Of a stretch of 64,000 nt of DNA, positions 1-13,100 are shown in pieces; positions within the stretch are counted from its first letter, which is position 1, and each line of letters begins with the position of its first letter. The notes beneath the pieces were generated by a model. The model did not search any database and was not told where the DNA came from. It was given only the letters and a program-made list of their open reading frames with translations. A program made the position numbers and the translations under genes. The stretch comes from Marsupella aquatica (lineage: Eukaryota > Plantae > Marchantiophyta), in the NCBI GenBank assembly GCA_973895155.1, contig OZ316893.1, positions 17,242,770-17,306,769 of the forward strand, in the 5' to 3' direction.

Positions 1-255
1 TGGAATGGTTTTTTTTATAAATTTTAATACCGTGAAAGACCCCACGGATAGGGGGAACAACAGCCCTTAATACAGGGACAGCAACAGCACACTAGCGAGC
101 CACAAAGAGAGCCCAAAAGCACAAAAGAGAGCATCAAAGCCCCAGGGAGAGCCCCCCCTCAAAGAAGGGAAATAACACCGATCAAGAGAGCACCCATGCC
201 CTTCCCACAGCAGCCCCCCAAAAAGCAGACCCCTCAATCAGCAACGCCGCCGCTA
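1..255 (-). mobile_element. 3' end of a short, 5'-truncated L1-type LINE inserted in the copia gag (may extend left of the window)
   Basis: Bases 1-70 (aatggtttttttttataaattttaataccgtgaaagaccccacggataggggg) closely match 27871-27920, the TSD-defined 3' end of the full LINE. Copia gag sequence (EGRTDYLLWEKQ) starts at about 255. Confidence 0.65.
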
Positions 256-272
256 GAGGGCGCACAGATTAT

Positions 273-3200
273 TTGCTATGGGAGAAGCAGGTTAAGGGAA
301 TTCTTCGTGCTATGGGTCTAGATCATCTACTATCGACTCGGGAGGAGTCTAGCAGTGAGGAGGAGATCCCGTTGAGGAAATGGAGGCAAGAGCAAGTGAT
401 TGCTGTGAATGCGGTTATGCTGTATCTGAAGCCGCATATCATTAAGAAGCTGGACGACTACGAGGATTGCGTATCCTTATTCAAGGCCCTCAGAGAGAAG
501 TACTACCGAGAGGATGCCTCAGATCGGTTGTACAAGAAGTCTCTCTTGATGAGCTTGAGACTAAAAGAAGGAGGCAAACTTCGAGATCACTTGGATGAAT
601 TCGACAGCCTAGCTGTAGATTTGTCAAATCTTGGCAAGGGAGTGGAAGATGAAGATAAGGCATTGCTTCTTCTCAGTTCCTTACCCCCATCGTATCAAGG
701 TTTGAAGCAGGTTCTCTTGTATAGAGATCTCAAAACCATTTCATATGATGAGGTGGTAAGCTCTTTGTTGTCAGATGATGCACAGAAGAAACTGGGTCAT
801 GTCCAGACACCATCTTCATCTGGCAGTGCATTGAATGTGAACCGCGGGAAGACTCAACAGCGGATGACTGGTGAAAATAGATCCTTTTCACAAACGTACC
901 CCTCACGGAATAGAGGCAAGGAGAAGGCTCGGTCTAAGTCTAGATCCAGGTCTAGAGAGAAATCTCTAGAAAGGAAACCAATTATATGCTGGAAATGTAA
1001 CAAGCCTGGCCACATGAAATGAGACTGTCGAGTCAAACAGACTCATCAACCATCAGCGAACGCAGCCACTGATGTTGATATGATTGACTTGCTTGATGAT
1101 GAAATCTTGTGAAGTCCAGATGTTGCCCTTTGCATTTCATCCAGTAACAACGGTGATGAATGGATTTTAGACTGTGCCTGTACCTATCATATTTGTTGTA
1201 TGAAAGAGTTTTTTAGTTCTTACTCAGTATCAACCGGTTCCGTGTTGATGGGGAATGATCATCCTTGTCAAATTATTGGAATTGGATCCGTGAAAATTCG
1301 GATGTTTGATGGAGCTGTGCGAACAGTGAGTAATGTCAGACACATACCTGACATGAAAAAGAACTTGATTTCTCTTGGAATGCTGGAAGCAAATGGATGT
1401 CGGTGGAGTTCTGCTGATGGTATTCTTCAAGTGTCAACCGGAGGCAAGGTTGTCATGAAGGGTAAGCGGTACAGGAATCTATACCTGTTGGAGGGCAACG
1501 TGATTTGTGAAGAAGCCAATGTAACTAGATCTCAATGCGAGATGACTCAGTTGTGGCACTGCAGATTGGGACACATGAGTGAAAAGGGTTTGGCGGTACT
1601 TCGCAGGAAAGGACTTCTTTCTAACTTGGAATCTACTAAGCTAGATTTTTGTGAATACTGTGTGCTTGGGAAGCAACATAGGAGAACCTTTGGTGTTGGA
1701 ACTCACAATACCAAAGCTATACTTGAGTATGTACATAGTGATGTGTGGGGTCCAGCCCCAACTCCCTCACTTTCTGGAAAATTGTACTATGTCACATTCA
1801 TTGATGATTACTCACAGTATGTGTGGATCATATTTCTACATGCCAAGTCTGAAGTTTTTGGCACTTTTAAGAAGTGGAAAGCCCAAATTGAGAATCAGAC
1901 TAGATCCAAGGTGAGATATCTGCGATCAGATAACGGCGGGGAATACAGTTCAAGTGAATTTGAACTATATTGTGCAGAGCAAGGGATTACTCGTCATCTC
2001 ACGACAGTTTATACTCCTCAACAGAATGGTGTTTGTGAGCGGCTAAACCGAACACTATTGGAGCGATCGAGGAGTATGTTGAGCCAATCAGGTTTACCAC
2101 ATGAATTTTGGGCTGAAGCTATAAATACGGCATCTTATTTGGTAAATCTTTCTCCTTCAAGTGCAATCAATTTCAAGATGCCGTTTGAAATGAGGTATGG
2201 ACGGCACGCAGACTATCAAGTTTTGAGAGTCTTTGGAAGTGATGCATATGCTCTCACATCTAAGCAAAATCGATCTAAACTAGATTCTACTTCCAAGAAG
2301 TGTCTTTTTCTTGGTTATCAACCAGGTGTGAAAGGTTACAGGCTATGGGATCCAGAAGCTTGTACGTTGCTTGTCAGTAGAGATGTATCCTTTAATGAAT
2401 CCAGATCATCAAAGGAGGGGGATGATGCTCAGGCTTCCCGTACTAACAAAGGTAAATCTCCTATCCTGGACCATGTTGTGGGGGAGATTGGTCATGAGAG
2501 TTTTCATGACATAAATAAAGGAGGTGCTTCGAGAATGGAGCTGGTTCCGGTATTGGAACAAGAGGAGCAAGTTGTTGTTGGAATACCTCAAATTCAACCA
2601 ACAGAACAAGATCAACCAGAATCATCAGCTAGAAAATCAAGACGTACTACTCGAGCTCCTACAAGGTATGGACAATGGACAGATTCATCAAGGTTAGATG
2701 ATGTTGACATTGCACCTGAAGATGATGATAGAGCACTGATCTTGGAAGAAGGAGAACCTTCTTCTTATCATGAGGCGTGCATTTCAGACGAGAAAGATGA
2801 ATGGAATGCAGCGATGCAGAGGGAGTTGCAATCTTTAAGTGACAACAGAACATGGGAGCTGGTGCAACTACCAAGTGATCAACAAGTGGTGGATAGCAAG
2901 TGGATTTACAAGCTGAAGGACAACTCTTCAGATGGAGGAGACAAGATATACAAGGCAAGGCTTGTTGCCAAGGGATTCACTCAAGAGAAGGGAGTGGATT
3001 ACAATGAGGTCTTCTCTCCAGTTGCCAAGTATTCCACGATATGAATTTTGTGTCAACTTGTTGTGTTTTTTGATCTGGTGTTAGATCAAATGGATGTTGT
3101 TACTGCTTTTCTCTATGGCACCTTGGAGGAACAAATTTTCATGAGGCAACCACTGGGCTTTGTGAAGAAGGGCCAAGAGAGTTTAGTTTGCAGGTTACTT

Positions 3201-4340
3201 AAGTCCTTGTATGGATTGAAGCAAGCTCCTCGGCAGTGGAACAAGCGGTTTGATGATTTCATGCTTGCACAAGGATTCACTAGGATGGTGTATGACCCTT
3301 GTGTGTATACAAAATCAGTCAAGAATGGTGTGTTTGGTTTGTTCATTCTGGTGCTCTATGTGGATGACATGTTGATTGTGGCTAAGGATCAAACTGAGGT
3401 TGACAAACTCAAAGCAAAATTGAGTTCTGAATTCCGAATGAAAGATCTTGGGAAAGCCAAGAGGATCTTAGGTATGGAGATTACGAGGAACTTTGAAACT
3501 GGACAATTGTGGCTGAATCAAGGCAAGTATGCTAAAAAGGTACTTGCAAGATTCAACATGGAAAATTGTAAGCCAGTAAGTATTCCTTTGGCTCCACATT
3601 TTAAGTTATCATCGGCTTTCTGCCCCACGGATCCAGTGGAGAGAGGCTTGATGACTAAGGTTCCATATGAGAAGGCAGTGGGCAGTCTAATGTATTTGAT
3701 GACATGTACCAGGCCTGATCTAGCCCTAGCAATGGGCAAAGTGAGTAGATTCATGTCAAATCCAGGGAAGGTACATTGGGAGGCTGTGAAATGGATTCTC
3801 AGGTATCTTAAGGGCACAATAGACTATGGTCTGTTGTTTGATAGTAGATCAAACAAAACCAAATCTTTGGTTGGCTATGTAGATTCTGACTACGGAGGCT
3901 GTCTGGAAACAAGGAGGTCAACGACTGGGTATGTGTTTACTCTTGGAAGAGGATGCATAAGTTGGAGATCTACCTTGCAGAAGTGTGTATCTCAGTCTAC
4001 TACAGAAGCAGAATATGTTGCAGCAGCAGAAGCAGCAAAGGAAGCAATTTGGTTGGATAAGTTGGTCACTGAGATGGGATTGGAGCATGGAAAAATGACT
4101 CTTCATTGTGACAGCCAAAGTGCGCTTCACCTAGCTATTAACCAGGTTATGGATAGTAGGGTGAAACACATTGACATCAGGTACCATTTTATTAGGCAAG
4201 CAGTGTCTGATAAAATGTTTGAGCTAGTCAAGATTGATGGAAAGCTCAACCCGGCTGATGCTTTTACCAAAGTGATTCCTTTGGAGAGTTACTCAAGACA
4301 CCGTGCTACTTTGCAAGTTTTGCATTTGCAGCACAAGTAG
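273..4340 (+). pseudogene. gag-pol: Copia gag-pol polyprotein in one frame, with in-frame TGA at 1020, 1110 and 3042
   Basis: UBN2-type gag, CWKCNKPGH zinc knuckle, PR WILDCACTYH, GAG-pre-integrase LWHCRLGH, INT HSDVWGP/LRSDNGGEY/PQQNGVCER, RT YKARLVAKGF/SLYGLKQAPRQW/LYVDDM, RNase H YVDSDY/TEAEY/KHIDIRYHF. ORFs 273, 1200 and 3048 share one frame. Confidence 0.93.
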
Positions 4341-4533
4341 AGTAACTTAAGAATATGTAATTTTTGTATATGGGTTACTCAATCCTGTTATGGCTACGGC
4401 TTAATTCTAGTTAACCCTTAGTTAACCTTAAATGGTTTTTAGGGGGACACCTATGGTTTTAGGTGATTGTCTAGAATTTCCCGCTGAGTATCTCATATGG
4501 ATAGCAGAAATTGCAGTCCCCAAAACTAGAGTC

Positions 4534-4542
4534 AAGGGGGAG
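4534..4542 (+). other. Polypurine tract of copia-1
   Basis: aagggggag two bases before the TGTTAAG LTR start. Confidence 0.8.
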
Positions 4543-4544
4543 TT

Positions 4545-4876
4545 TGTTAAGGATTGCTCTTAGTCTTGTGACTCATAGGTTACGGCACTTAGGCTAACCA
4601 CAGTTAGGATCTTAGCTGAGGTTAGATTAGTCGTGTGTGACCTTGTATATACCAGGGCTAGTGTAAGCCGCTGGTGTGTGGTGCTTACTCATTGTAATAG
4701 AGCAACTTGAGGAAGAGGGAGAGGATGGGTGTTCGTCTACTCTTGAAGTAAAGCTTGAGTGTTCGTGTGGACGTAGCCTTGGAGAAGAGGTGAACCACGT
4801 AGAGATTGTGTCGACTACGTGTGCATGGAATGAGTCATGGTTGTATGGTCGTTGCGAATGACGTCTTAGTTCAACA
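4545..4876 (+). repeat. 3' LTR of copia-1 (~332 bp)
   Basis: Starts TGTTAAG after the PPT, ends TTCAACA; TATATA at about 4646; unrelated gag follows. Confidence 0.8.
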
Positions 4877-4879
4877 CAT

Positions 4880-5512
4880 ACGTTGATAGTTAACTATAAC
4901 AGCGAGTTATTCCGCATGACATCCCAGTCAGTGATGAAGAACAAATAGAGAAGGCACTATTAATCAACCTTCCACTTGGGCAACATAATACTCTGAGCAC
5001 AGTACAGAAACATGAAGTTCATGAAATACTCTGAACTTATAGCTCACATGTTGCTAGCCGAGAGGCATCAGGAGTTACTCTTGAAGAACTCAAAGATGCA
5101 ACCCTCGGGAACCCTGCCATCACCCCCAACCACCAAGACAAACTTTGGACAGCCTTCCAGCAGCAGAGGAGGCCAACGGGGCGGCTCCAGCCACAACGAT
5201 AGAGGAGGAAGACAATTTGGAGGCGGAAGATCCAACTACCTCAGGGGGAGAGGCAGAGGCCGCGGAGCTGGAGGAGGCCGCGGACGAGGAAGATCAAGCT
5301 TCACCTACACCCGTGGAGGATCGGGAAGACCAGGACGACCAGCCCAACGGGGCAGTTCATCCCAACAATACTCAGGAAGACCCGCCGTGGAGTGCTTTTG
5401 ATGCGGCGCCAAGGGCCACCCACAAAAACTGTGCCGCATACCGGCACACCTAGCAGAATTATACCAACATAGTAGAAATAATAGAACTCATGAGGCACAT
5501 CATGGTACTTTT
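4880..5512 (+). pseudogene. gag: Bianca-like gag, partial; continues at 21371-~21500
   Basis: MKFMKYSELIAHMLLAERHQELLLKN, RGRGRG tract, and CF*CGAKGHPQKLC zinc knuckle with a stop. Confidence 0.75.
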
Positions 5513-8500
5513 TGTGGTGCGTCCCATGGCTCCCTAAACCCAAGAAACCCCCCAGCTCAAGCCGATTCCCGCAGGTTTCGTGCTTGGCGAGGCCGTTTCC
5601 GCGGCTTAGCGGCATGGGACGCTGCTAACCTTCTACTACTACTATTAACATTTTACACACATATACTGGACAGATCCTTCATCGGGTCATGAGATACGTA
5701 GCCGGCCTAATATAGGCCTTCCCCTGTCTTCCCCTGTCTTCCTGTTAGGTATGTTTGGATTCCGCCGCCGGAATGATCCCCAATAGGCTTGGTTAAGCCG
5801 CTAAGACCTCTCTCAGCTCGACACATCCAACTCTCACTCCCCTGCTTACTTTCCTTCCTTCTGTTGATGTGGGCACTCTTCACACAAGTTAATGCGACAC
5901 ACAAATAGCAAAATGACTCATTCTGACTGAGTCATACCATGCACTTGCCATACAAACAGTACATCTCATACACAAGTTCTGCGAACTAAGCCGTGAGGCC
6001 AACTCTATTCAGCTCTTAGGCATGAGGAAACATGAATATACACAAGGGTCACTGTATGACTAACCGAGAGCTTCTCGTACTACTTGATCCCAGCCCGGCT
6101 GGTGCAAACTAAAAACTTGCTAAAGAAGAGGCCCTGAGCTCCCCGCTGCCCAGGTACTTATCCTGGTAGTGGATCCGCCATTCTTTGCATCGTAAGCCTA
6201 ATCTACCTGACAGTAATCTACTTGCCCGAATCTACCTATGTACAGCAAGGCAGGAGCACAAGTGTTGCTCCTACCAGTGGGACCGCAATCCCACTAAGCT
6301 AAGTGTCAGGGCCGCTCTTGGTTCTGATCCTAATCCTAAACGTGGAGATCCGCGCCCGCCCTGCCCACTCACGCCTCCTCCCTCCACGTCCGCCCTCCCT
6401 AAAAGGAACGGCGCCCTTGCACCGTCACGACACCGGTGGTGGATCCTCAATGGACGCCCCCAACACTTCCTCCTCAGCCACTGCCGTTGGCCCGCCTACT
6501 GACAGATTACCTGCCCTTGACCGAGTCAACTCTCCATCGGCCTGACTGGGTCCACCTTCGGCTTCAACCTCGACACCGGCCTCGGCAATACCCACGGCTT
6601 CGGCTTCAGCCACTCCCTCGGCTTCGGCCACTCCCACGGCTTCGGCCTCCCCTTCCCCTAGGGTAGTTGGATCCTTAGCCGTGACCCTGTCTGGGGTCGG
6701 TGCTGGGTCTACCTCCTTGATCACCACGGCCTGTGAAGTCGTATTACTCCTTGACCCTGGAGGTTTCCGCTTCTTCTTCGTTGGTGGCTCGGCAGCTGGT
6801 CCCTTCCCCTTCCCACTTACTTCCGGCACTGGTGCAGTTGACGCGGCTTGTCCTTCGGCAATTACCACCCCTGGTAACTGGTTTGTCCCAACGGGAGATG
6901 GACCTGCTGCAGCTAAGCATTTAAATACTGCGGCTTGTTTCTTCAGCCACTCTGTTTGGTTGTCGGCCCGCCGCTGTAGGTTCTCCATCTTCCTCGTGAT
7001 TTCCTCCAACTCCTCTTGGGTTTCATCCAGGTCCTTACGTGCCCCCTCCAGCTCGTTTTTGGCCTCCTCCTGCTCCCTGTGGGCTTCCTCCAATTCCTTC
7101 TTCAAGGTAGCCCTCTCCTCCTGGGTTGCTCTTAGCTCCTTGTCGAGCTCTGCAATGATGACAGACTCCATCTGGTTCATCTTGGCGTAAGTCTGTTCGA
7201 GCATCTCGTCCTTCTCCCTTAGGTCGGCCTTGAAGCTGGCCGTCAGGGACGCAAGCTCCTGCTGCAGCGCCATAATCCCTTGATAGGATTTCCCTAACTC
7301 GACCTCCTTCTGCTCAAGGGCTCCGCGGATTTTCTCGAGCTCCCCTTTCAACGCCCATTCCTTTCTTTGGGTCTCCGCCATGGCCCGGCTGTTGGCTGTT
7401 ATGTGGGCCTCCTCTGTATTCTTCAGTTCTTGCTTCCACTTCTCCCTCTCTTTGATCGTGTCGGCCAACTCTTCCTGCGTCTGAGTCAGTTTATCCTTGA
7501 TATTCTGATTATCAGCCTGCGCGGTGTCCAACTGCCCCTGCATGATGTTCAGCTCATGTCATTTAATCCGCAGTTCATCTTGGGCTTTCTTGGCCGCCCT
7601 TAGATCTTCAATCTCGGCTCCCATCCTCCTAAGCCGCCGAATGACCTCGTCCTTCTTGCTTCTCTCTAAAGCCACCGCTTCTTCTAATTGGTGCTTCTCC
7701 AACTGCTCCCTATGGAAAAAGGGTCCTATCTCCAACTCCTCTCCAAAGATGCCGAGCGCAAGTTCCCCACACATCTCACCATACTCCATGGCTCTATTCT
7801 TAGCGTAGGTGGAGTAAGTAGAAGTGATCGGCATCGCCCATCGTGGCCTCTGCTCCCAAGCCGTCCTGCGGATCTCTTCAATTGTGGCTAGAGGTTTGCT
7901 TCCTTTTTCGGCTAGCCGCCTGATGTCCTCCGGCCAATCTCCTCCTGGTAAATCCTTTTCCTTAGCCAGGGCGGCCTCTTCCTCCTGCTTGATTCGCTCC
8001 TGAAATTCCTGCACCGTCTGTTTTATGCCGTCGAAGCTCGGGGGAGCAACATCTGGTGGGGGAGACTCAGGGCTACTCTGCTGGTTGGGGTCCCCTCGCA
8101 CTACCCTTGGAAGTGTGGGGACAAACCGGCCACAGGTCCTTACTCCTGGAACGTGATGGTCCGACCCATAGCCGGAATTATCATGGCTGCAGTCCTCCAC
8201 TGCCTCCTCTACCTCTTGGACGTCCGGCTTCTCCCTCTCCTCTTCGTCGGTAGGAGCTTCAGGCAATTCTGCCTCAGATTCGGAGCTTGAGGTTCCCACG
8301 TACATTCGAACACCTGGCTTGGATTCCGGCCTGATTCTCTCCTTGTTTCCAGCAAAGGGGTTTTCTCTTGTGAGCCGGTGTAGGCCTACCTCTGTAGTAG
8401 TGTCCTGCATTGTTGCCGTTGCCGTTGTTGTTGCCGATGCCGATTTCTTTTCTTTCTCCAGTAGTTTCAGCAGACTCTGCATGCCTGGTTGCTGCATCGG

Positions 8501-10157
8501 CAAGTCTTCCTTCCTGGGCCTAAACACCTGCTCGATCGTAGGACTAACAGGTGGTTGAGGCTTCTCAGCCAACGGCCTCGGCGTTGGAGCTTCCTCGGGT
8601 GCCCTTACCTGCAGGGGAAGTACCGGGGCAAAAGTCTGACTTCTGGCATACCGGCACAACAGCGGCATGTGATAGCCAAGCCGCGACACGCTCCCCATGC
8701 CGATTACCTGCTGCTCCTCCTTTAAGATCTTCTTCAATTGGTTGAGGAGGTACCCGTTGTAGTCCCGGCTTGGGTCTGGCCTTTCTGCCAGATAGACCTG
8801 TGCCTTGCCGATCTCTGCCCTTGATAAGTTACAATGCATGGTCACCCGCAAGAAGTCGATCATCTCTCCTATGTGCGGGTTGGTGCAGGTGTTCCGGAAG
8901 AAGCCATTCTTCGTTGATGGCCCGGGGAACGACCGGAACTCCTTGTCAGGCAAGGTCTTCCTGGTATCAACTTTGGTCTTATTGCCTATCGGCAGGCCAA
9001 ACACTTCGGCAATTACCTTGGGAGTAAGATAGAAATCCTTCCCATATATCCTCGTGCAATTGGTCTCGGGTTCCCATGACCCCACGAATTCTAATAGGTC
9101 TGACTCCGGTACCTCCGGCTTCAGCCATGGTAATCTTACAAAGGCCTCCAAGCCGGATCCGGCCATGAAGCCTTGGTACTTCTTGGTCTGCATGGCCGTA
9201 AAGCATGCATCCTCCTCCCGTGCAAAATGTAGTTGCACCTCCACCGGTAGGGTTGCCGCCCAGCCCTTCCAGGTGTCATCCCTGGTTGGAATGGCCTTGA
9301 TGGGATCGACCTCCTCCTCTTCGGCTTCTCCCTGCCTCCTGCTCTGCTGCTCGGCTGGCTTCTTTGGTGCCGCCGACCTCGTTCTTTTTGCCGGGGTGGC
9401 TTCATCGTTGACGGCTCCCTTCCTCTTCATCTCTGCTGCCGTGGAGGTTTCTCCTAGCACCGTTGCCTGGGTCCACCTTTCCGTGCTACCCTTTAATTCC
9501 CAGTGTATGTCGTTGCAGTTCTTGATGGCCTCTCGGATGCCGACGACGCTGTCTTTGCAAAATAGAAGATCGTCGAGTTGATTGGAAGTAGGCGTCCACA
9601 GGAACTCGTCCTTGATGAGTTCGCCTCCTAAGAAAGCCGTCTTCTGCAGCTCCCACAATCGAGCGAGCTCCTGCCGTTCTCGAGCTGCCCTTTCTGACTC
9701 CTTGTCCTTGTAAGTCTTGATGTACTCAGTTGCCCGTTCGAACAGGCATCCCCAGAAATGTGCCGCTTGATTGACGTTGCTCATACCCTCCTTAGGTTGA
9801 TCGTCGGTATCTACTCTCTCCCCGAGTGCTTGCCTAAGCAGCTGACAGTAGTTGGCCTCCCGTAGTCGTCTGCCTAGTTCGTGCTCGCAAATGAGCCACC
9901 ATCTCCTGCAAGCGCTCCTTACCCCTCTCCTCTGCCGGTCCTTCTTCCCGTTGATCCTTCCTAGCCGCCGACGCTTAACGCGCCCTAACCCTAATCGGGT
10001 TTTCACCCTTAGCCTTACCTCCGGCCTCTGCCCGGGTTCCATGGTTGCCCCTAATTGTTTATATTTTCCTTGTTTTGTCACTATACTAAGGTGTTCCTAG
10101 GGTGCCTTCCTGCTTTACCCACTTAACCGGCCGAGTGATTCCTATCTAGGCATCACA
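5513..10157 (-). repeat. 3' LTR of the gypsy (4645 bp)
   Basis: Direct repeat of 16697-21365; tgtggtgc...ggcatcaca on + strand; PPT adjacent. Confidence 0.95.
6425..10081 (-). pseudogene. LTR-encoded accessory protein, ~1218 codons, one TGA at 7559-7561; plant-mobile-domain-like region, acidic/Pro linker and long coiled coil
   Basis: The 840-aa and 372-aa ORFs are in frame. The stop is CGA in the other LTR. E/K/Q heptad-rich C-terminal region. Confidence 0.85.
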
Positions 10158-13100
10158 TAGCTCCCCACTTAATTGTGAAGCGTCCTCGCGAACAACTTCA
10201 TCTTCGTCCATATAGTATTTCTTGAGGCGGTCATAATGGATGCGAACTGGATATACCTCTCCCGTAATGTTGGCCAATTGTACGGAGCCATTGGGGAACA
10301 TCATGGTTACTCTAAAGGGTCCTAACCAGCGAGTGTAAAGCTTTCCTGGAAACCTACTATACCTACTGTCATAAAGTAGCACAAGATCACCGGTATGAAT
10401 ACTAACTACTTTTAACCTTTTATCATACTGCTGCTTCATGATATTCTGTCTATATTCTACTCTCTCGGCTGAAATCATTCTCGCTTCCTCTAAAGCTTCT
10501 AACCTATATTCTCGCTCCTTTAGGCTCTCCTCCGCTGAGGCTCTTTCCTCAATTGTAACTTGAAATGTCGGTATCTCAAGTTGCATGGGTACCAGGGCTT
10601 CTTGTCCAAAGGTTAAGAAGAAGGGTGTATGACCGGTAGTGGATTTATAGGCAAGATTGTAAGCAAAAACAACAGCAAACAATTTATCATCCCAATCGAG
10701 TTTGTTCTGAGCTACTGTCTTGTTCAATATCTTTCCTATGATCCCGTTTGCTCGTTCTGTCAACCCGTTTGCCTTTGGATGGTAGGGAGTAGTAGGCCTA
10801 TGTTTAACTAAATACTGCTCAATTAAATGACTAATTATATCATTCAAAAAATGGGTTCCTCTATCACTAACTAATTCTAGGGGTGCTCCATACCTGGTGA
10901 AGATCTGCTCATACATGAATCTAGCCGTAGTAATTGCATCATCCTTCGTTGTTGGTCTGGCCTCTACCCATTTAGTTGCATAATCCGTAGCCAGGATTAT
11001 GTACTTGTTCCGTCGAGGGTGGGTCAGTGGTTTCAGAGGTCCAATGTAATCAATACCCCACTTCTCGAATGGTGCCAGAGGTAGAATAGGGTGCAGTGGA
11101 TGCCTGGTGGACGCCCTTGGTCCTCCCGCTCGTTGACAAGGATCGCATTGTTTGATAAACTGATAGACATCTTTGTGCAAGGTGGGCCACCAGTAACCGG
11201 CATTTAATATCTTCTTAGACGTGGTTACTGGGGCAAAATGTCCTCCGGCCTCCTCTCCATGCATGGCCCGTAGGACTCGTTTTACCTCTCTCTTTTCCAA
11301 ACACCTTTGAATCGTGCCGTTGATTCCATGCTTGTGCAGTATGCCTTTAATGCACTGATACTGTCTGACCTTCCGCACAAAGACTGCGGCTTGCTCTCGG
11401 CTTAATCCTGGCTGTAATCTGGAAGTGCTGAGAAATTGTAAAATCTCAGGGTACCATGTACCAGCTATTTCCACAACGAATAGCTCCTCGTCGGGGAATC
11501 GATCATCGATGCAATCCGTGGCAGGTTTACCTGTGATCCTTGAAAAGAAGTCGGCATTGGCATGTAACTTTCCCGGCTTGATCCTCAGCTCATAGTCAAA
11601 CTCCTGTAATAGCAAAATCCATCTTGCTACTCTGCCTGTAAGGTCCGGCTTATTGACTAGGTACTTCAAACTTTCATGATCAGTATGAAAGATTACCTTG
11701 TACCCTAGTAAATAATGCCTAAACTTTTTACAAGAATAAATGACTCCTAATGCTTCTCTTTCCGTGGTAGAGTAGTTCCGTTCGGCATCGGCAAGCTGAC
11801 GGCTTGCGAAGTATATGGGATGGTCCCTTCCTTTCTCATCCAACTGACTTAGTACTAAGCCAATACAGAAGCCCGAGACATCTACAAAAACATGAAAATC
11901 TTTGTTCCAGTCCGGTGCTATCATGACTGGGGCCTCTACTAACATCTGCTTCAATTCTACCACCGCTGTGACTCGTTTGGGTGTGGGTTCGAAGTCTGCT
12001 CCTGCCTTGAGCATATTGGTTAATGGTAAAGCCAGCTTGGCAAAATCCTTGATGAACCGGCGATAGTAACCAATGCATCCCAAGAAGGATCTTACATCCT
12101 TTATGTTCTTAGGTTGCATGATATCTAGCCATACTGCTAGCTTACCTTTGTCAATCTCAATGCCCTTCCTTGATACCTTGTGACCTAGTAGCACCCCCTC
12201 GGTTACTGCAAAAAAACATTTATCTGGGTGTAACTTGAGACCCACCTCTCTACATCTCATGAAGGTTTTCCTGAGGTATTTAGCATGTTTCGATGCCTTC
12301 CCGAATACTGCAAAGTCATCAATGAAGATTTCCATGAACTTTCTCAAGTAATCATGAAAAATGTTCACCATTAATCGTTGGAACATAGCTGGTGCGTTGC
12401 AGAGTCCAAACGGCATACGATTGAAGACATAGATCCCCCATTCCGTGATGAAGGTCGTCTTGATTTGGTCTTCCTGCCGAATCCTGATTTGGTTATAACC
12501 AGAGTATCCATCCATGAATGAATATAGTTCATGACTGGCTACCATGTCTAGTACCATATCAGTAAACGGTAAAGGAAAATGGTCTTTTAATGTTGCTTCA
12601 TTCAGCTTCCTGTAATCCTGACAAACCCGGATCTTGGGTTTACCATCGGGTCCAGCTTTCTTGGGAACTATCACAATTGGAGACACCCAGTCTGAATGCA
12701 GGACTGGAGTGATGAATCCAGCTTCCACTAGTTTGTCGATTTCTGTTTTGACCAGCAGGGAATACTTCGGGTTCATCCTTCGAATTGGTTGTCGAAATGA
12801 TTTGGCTCCTAACATGAGATCAATTCGATGTTCCCCTAGTGTTGGATCTACTCCCTTTAGATCTTGGTGACTCCATGCAAACACATCCTGAAATTCAATC
12901 AATAAGTCACTGATCTCTTTCTCGAGCTCAGGTGCTAGGTTTCTCCCTAAGTTCAGTTCTCTTCCCTCTCCTAAGTCGAGCTTCCGATATTGCCGTGCTT
13001 GGATCATATTAATCTGCTTCTTCAAATTCGGGTCCAGTTCGGCTTCCAGTCTCTCTAATCTCATACCTCCATAAACTGGGATCTCGGCTGGACTAGCCGA

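Larger units (their letters stand above)
255..4876 (+). mobile_element. Ty1/copia LTR retrotransposon, Tnt1/Tork-like; 5' LTR not in window
   Basis: gag-PR-INT-RT-RH order, followed by a PPT and a TG..CA 3' LTR. Sequence after 4876 is gag of a different copia. Confidence 0.92.

Noticed and set aside
9982-10012. Telomeric repeat (ccctaaccctaa)
   Set aside because: Only two units, inside the LTR; at most a telobox-like motif.
6425-10081. LTR ORF as an envelope glycoprotein
   Set aside because: No signal peptide or hydrophobic transmembrane stretch is visible; the protein is charged and coiled-coil rich.
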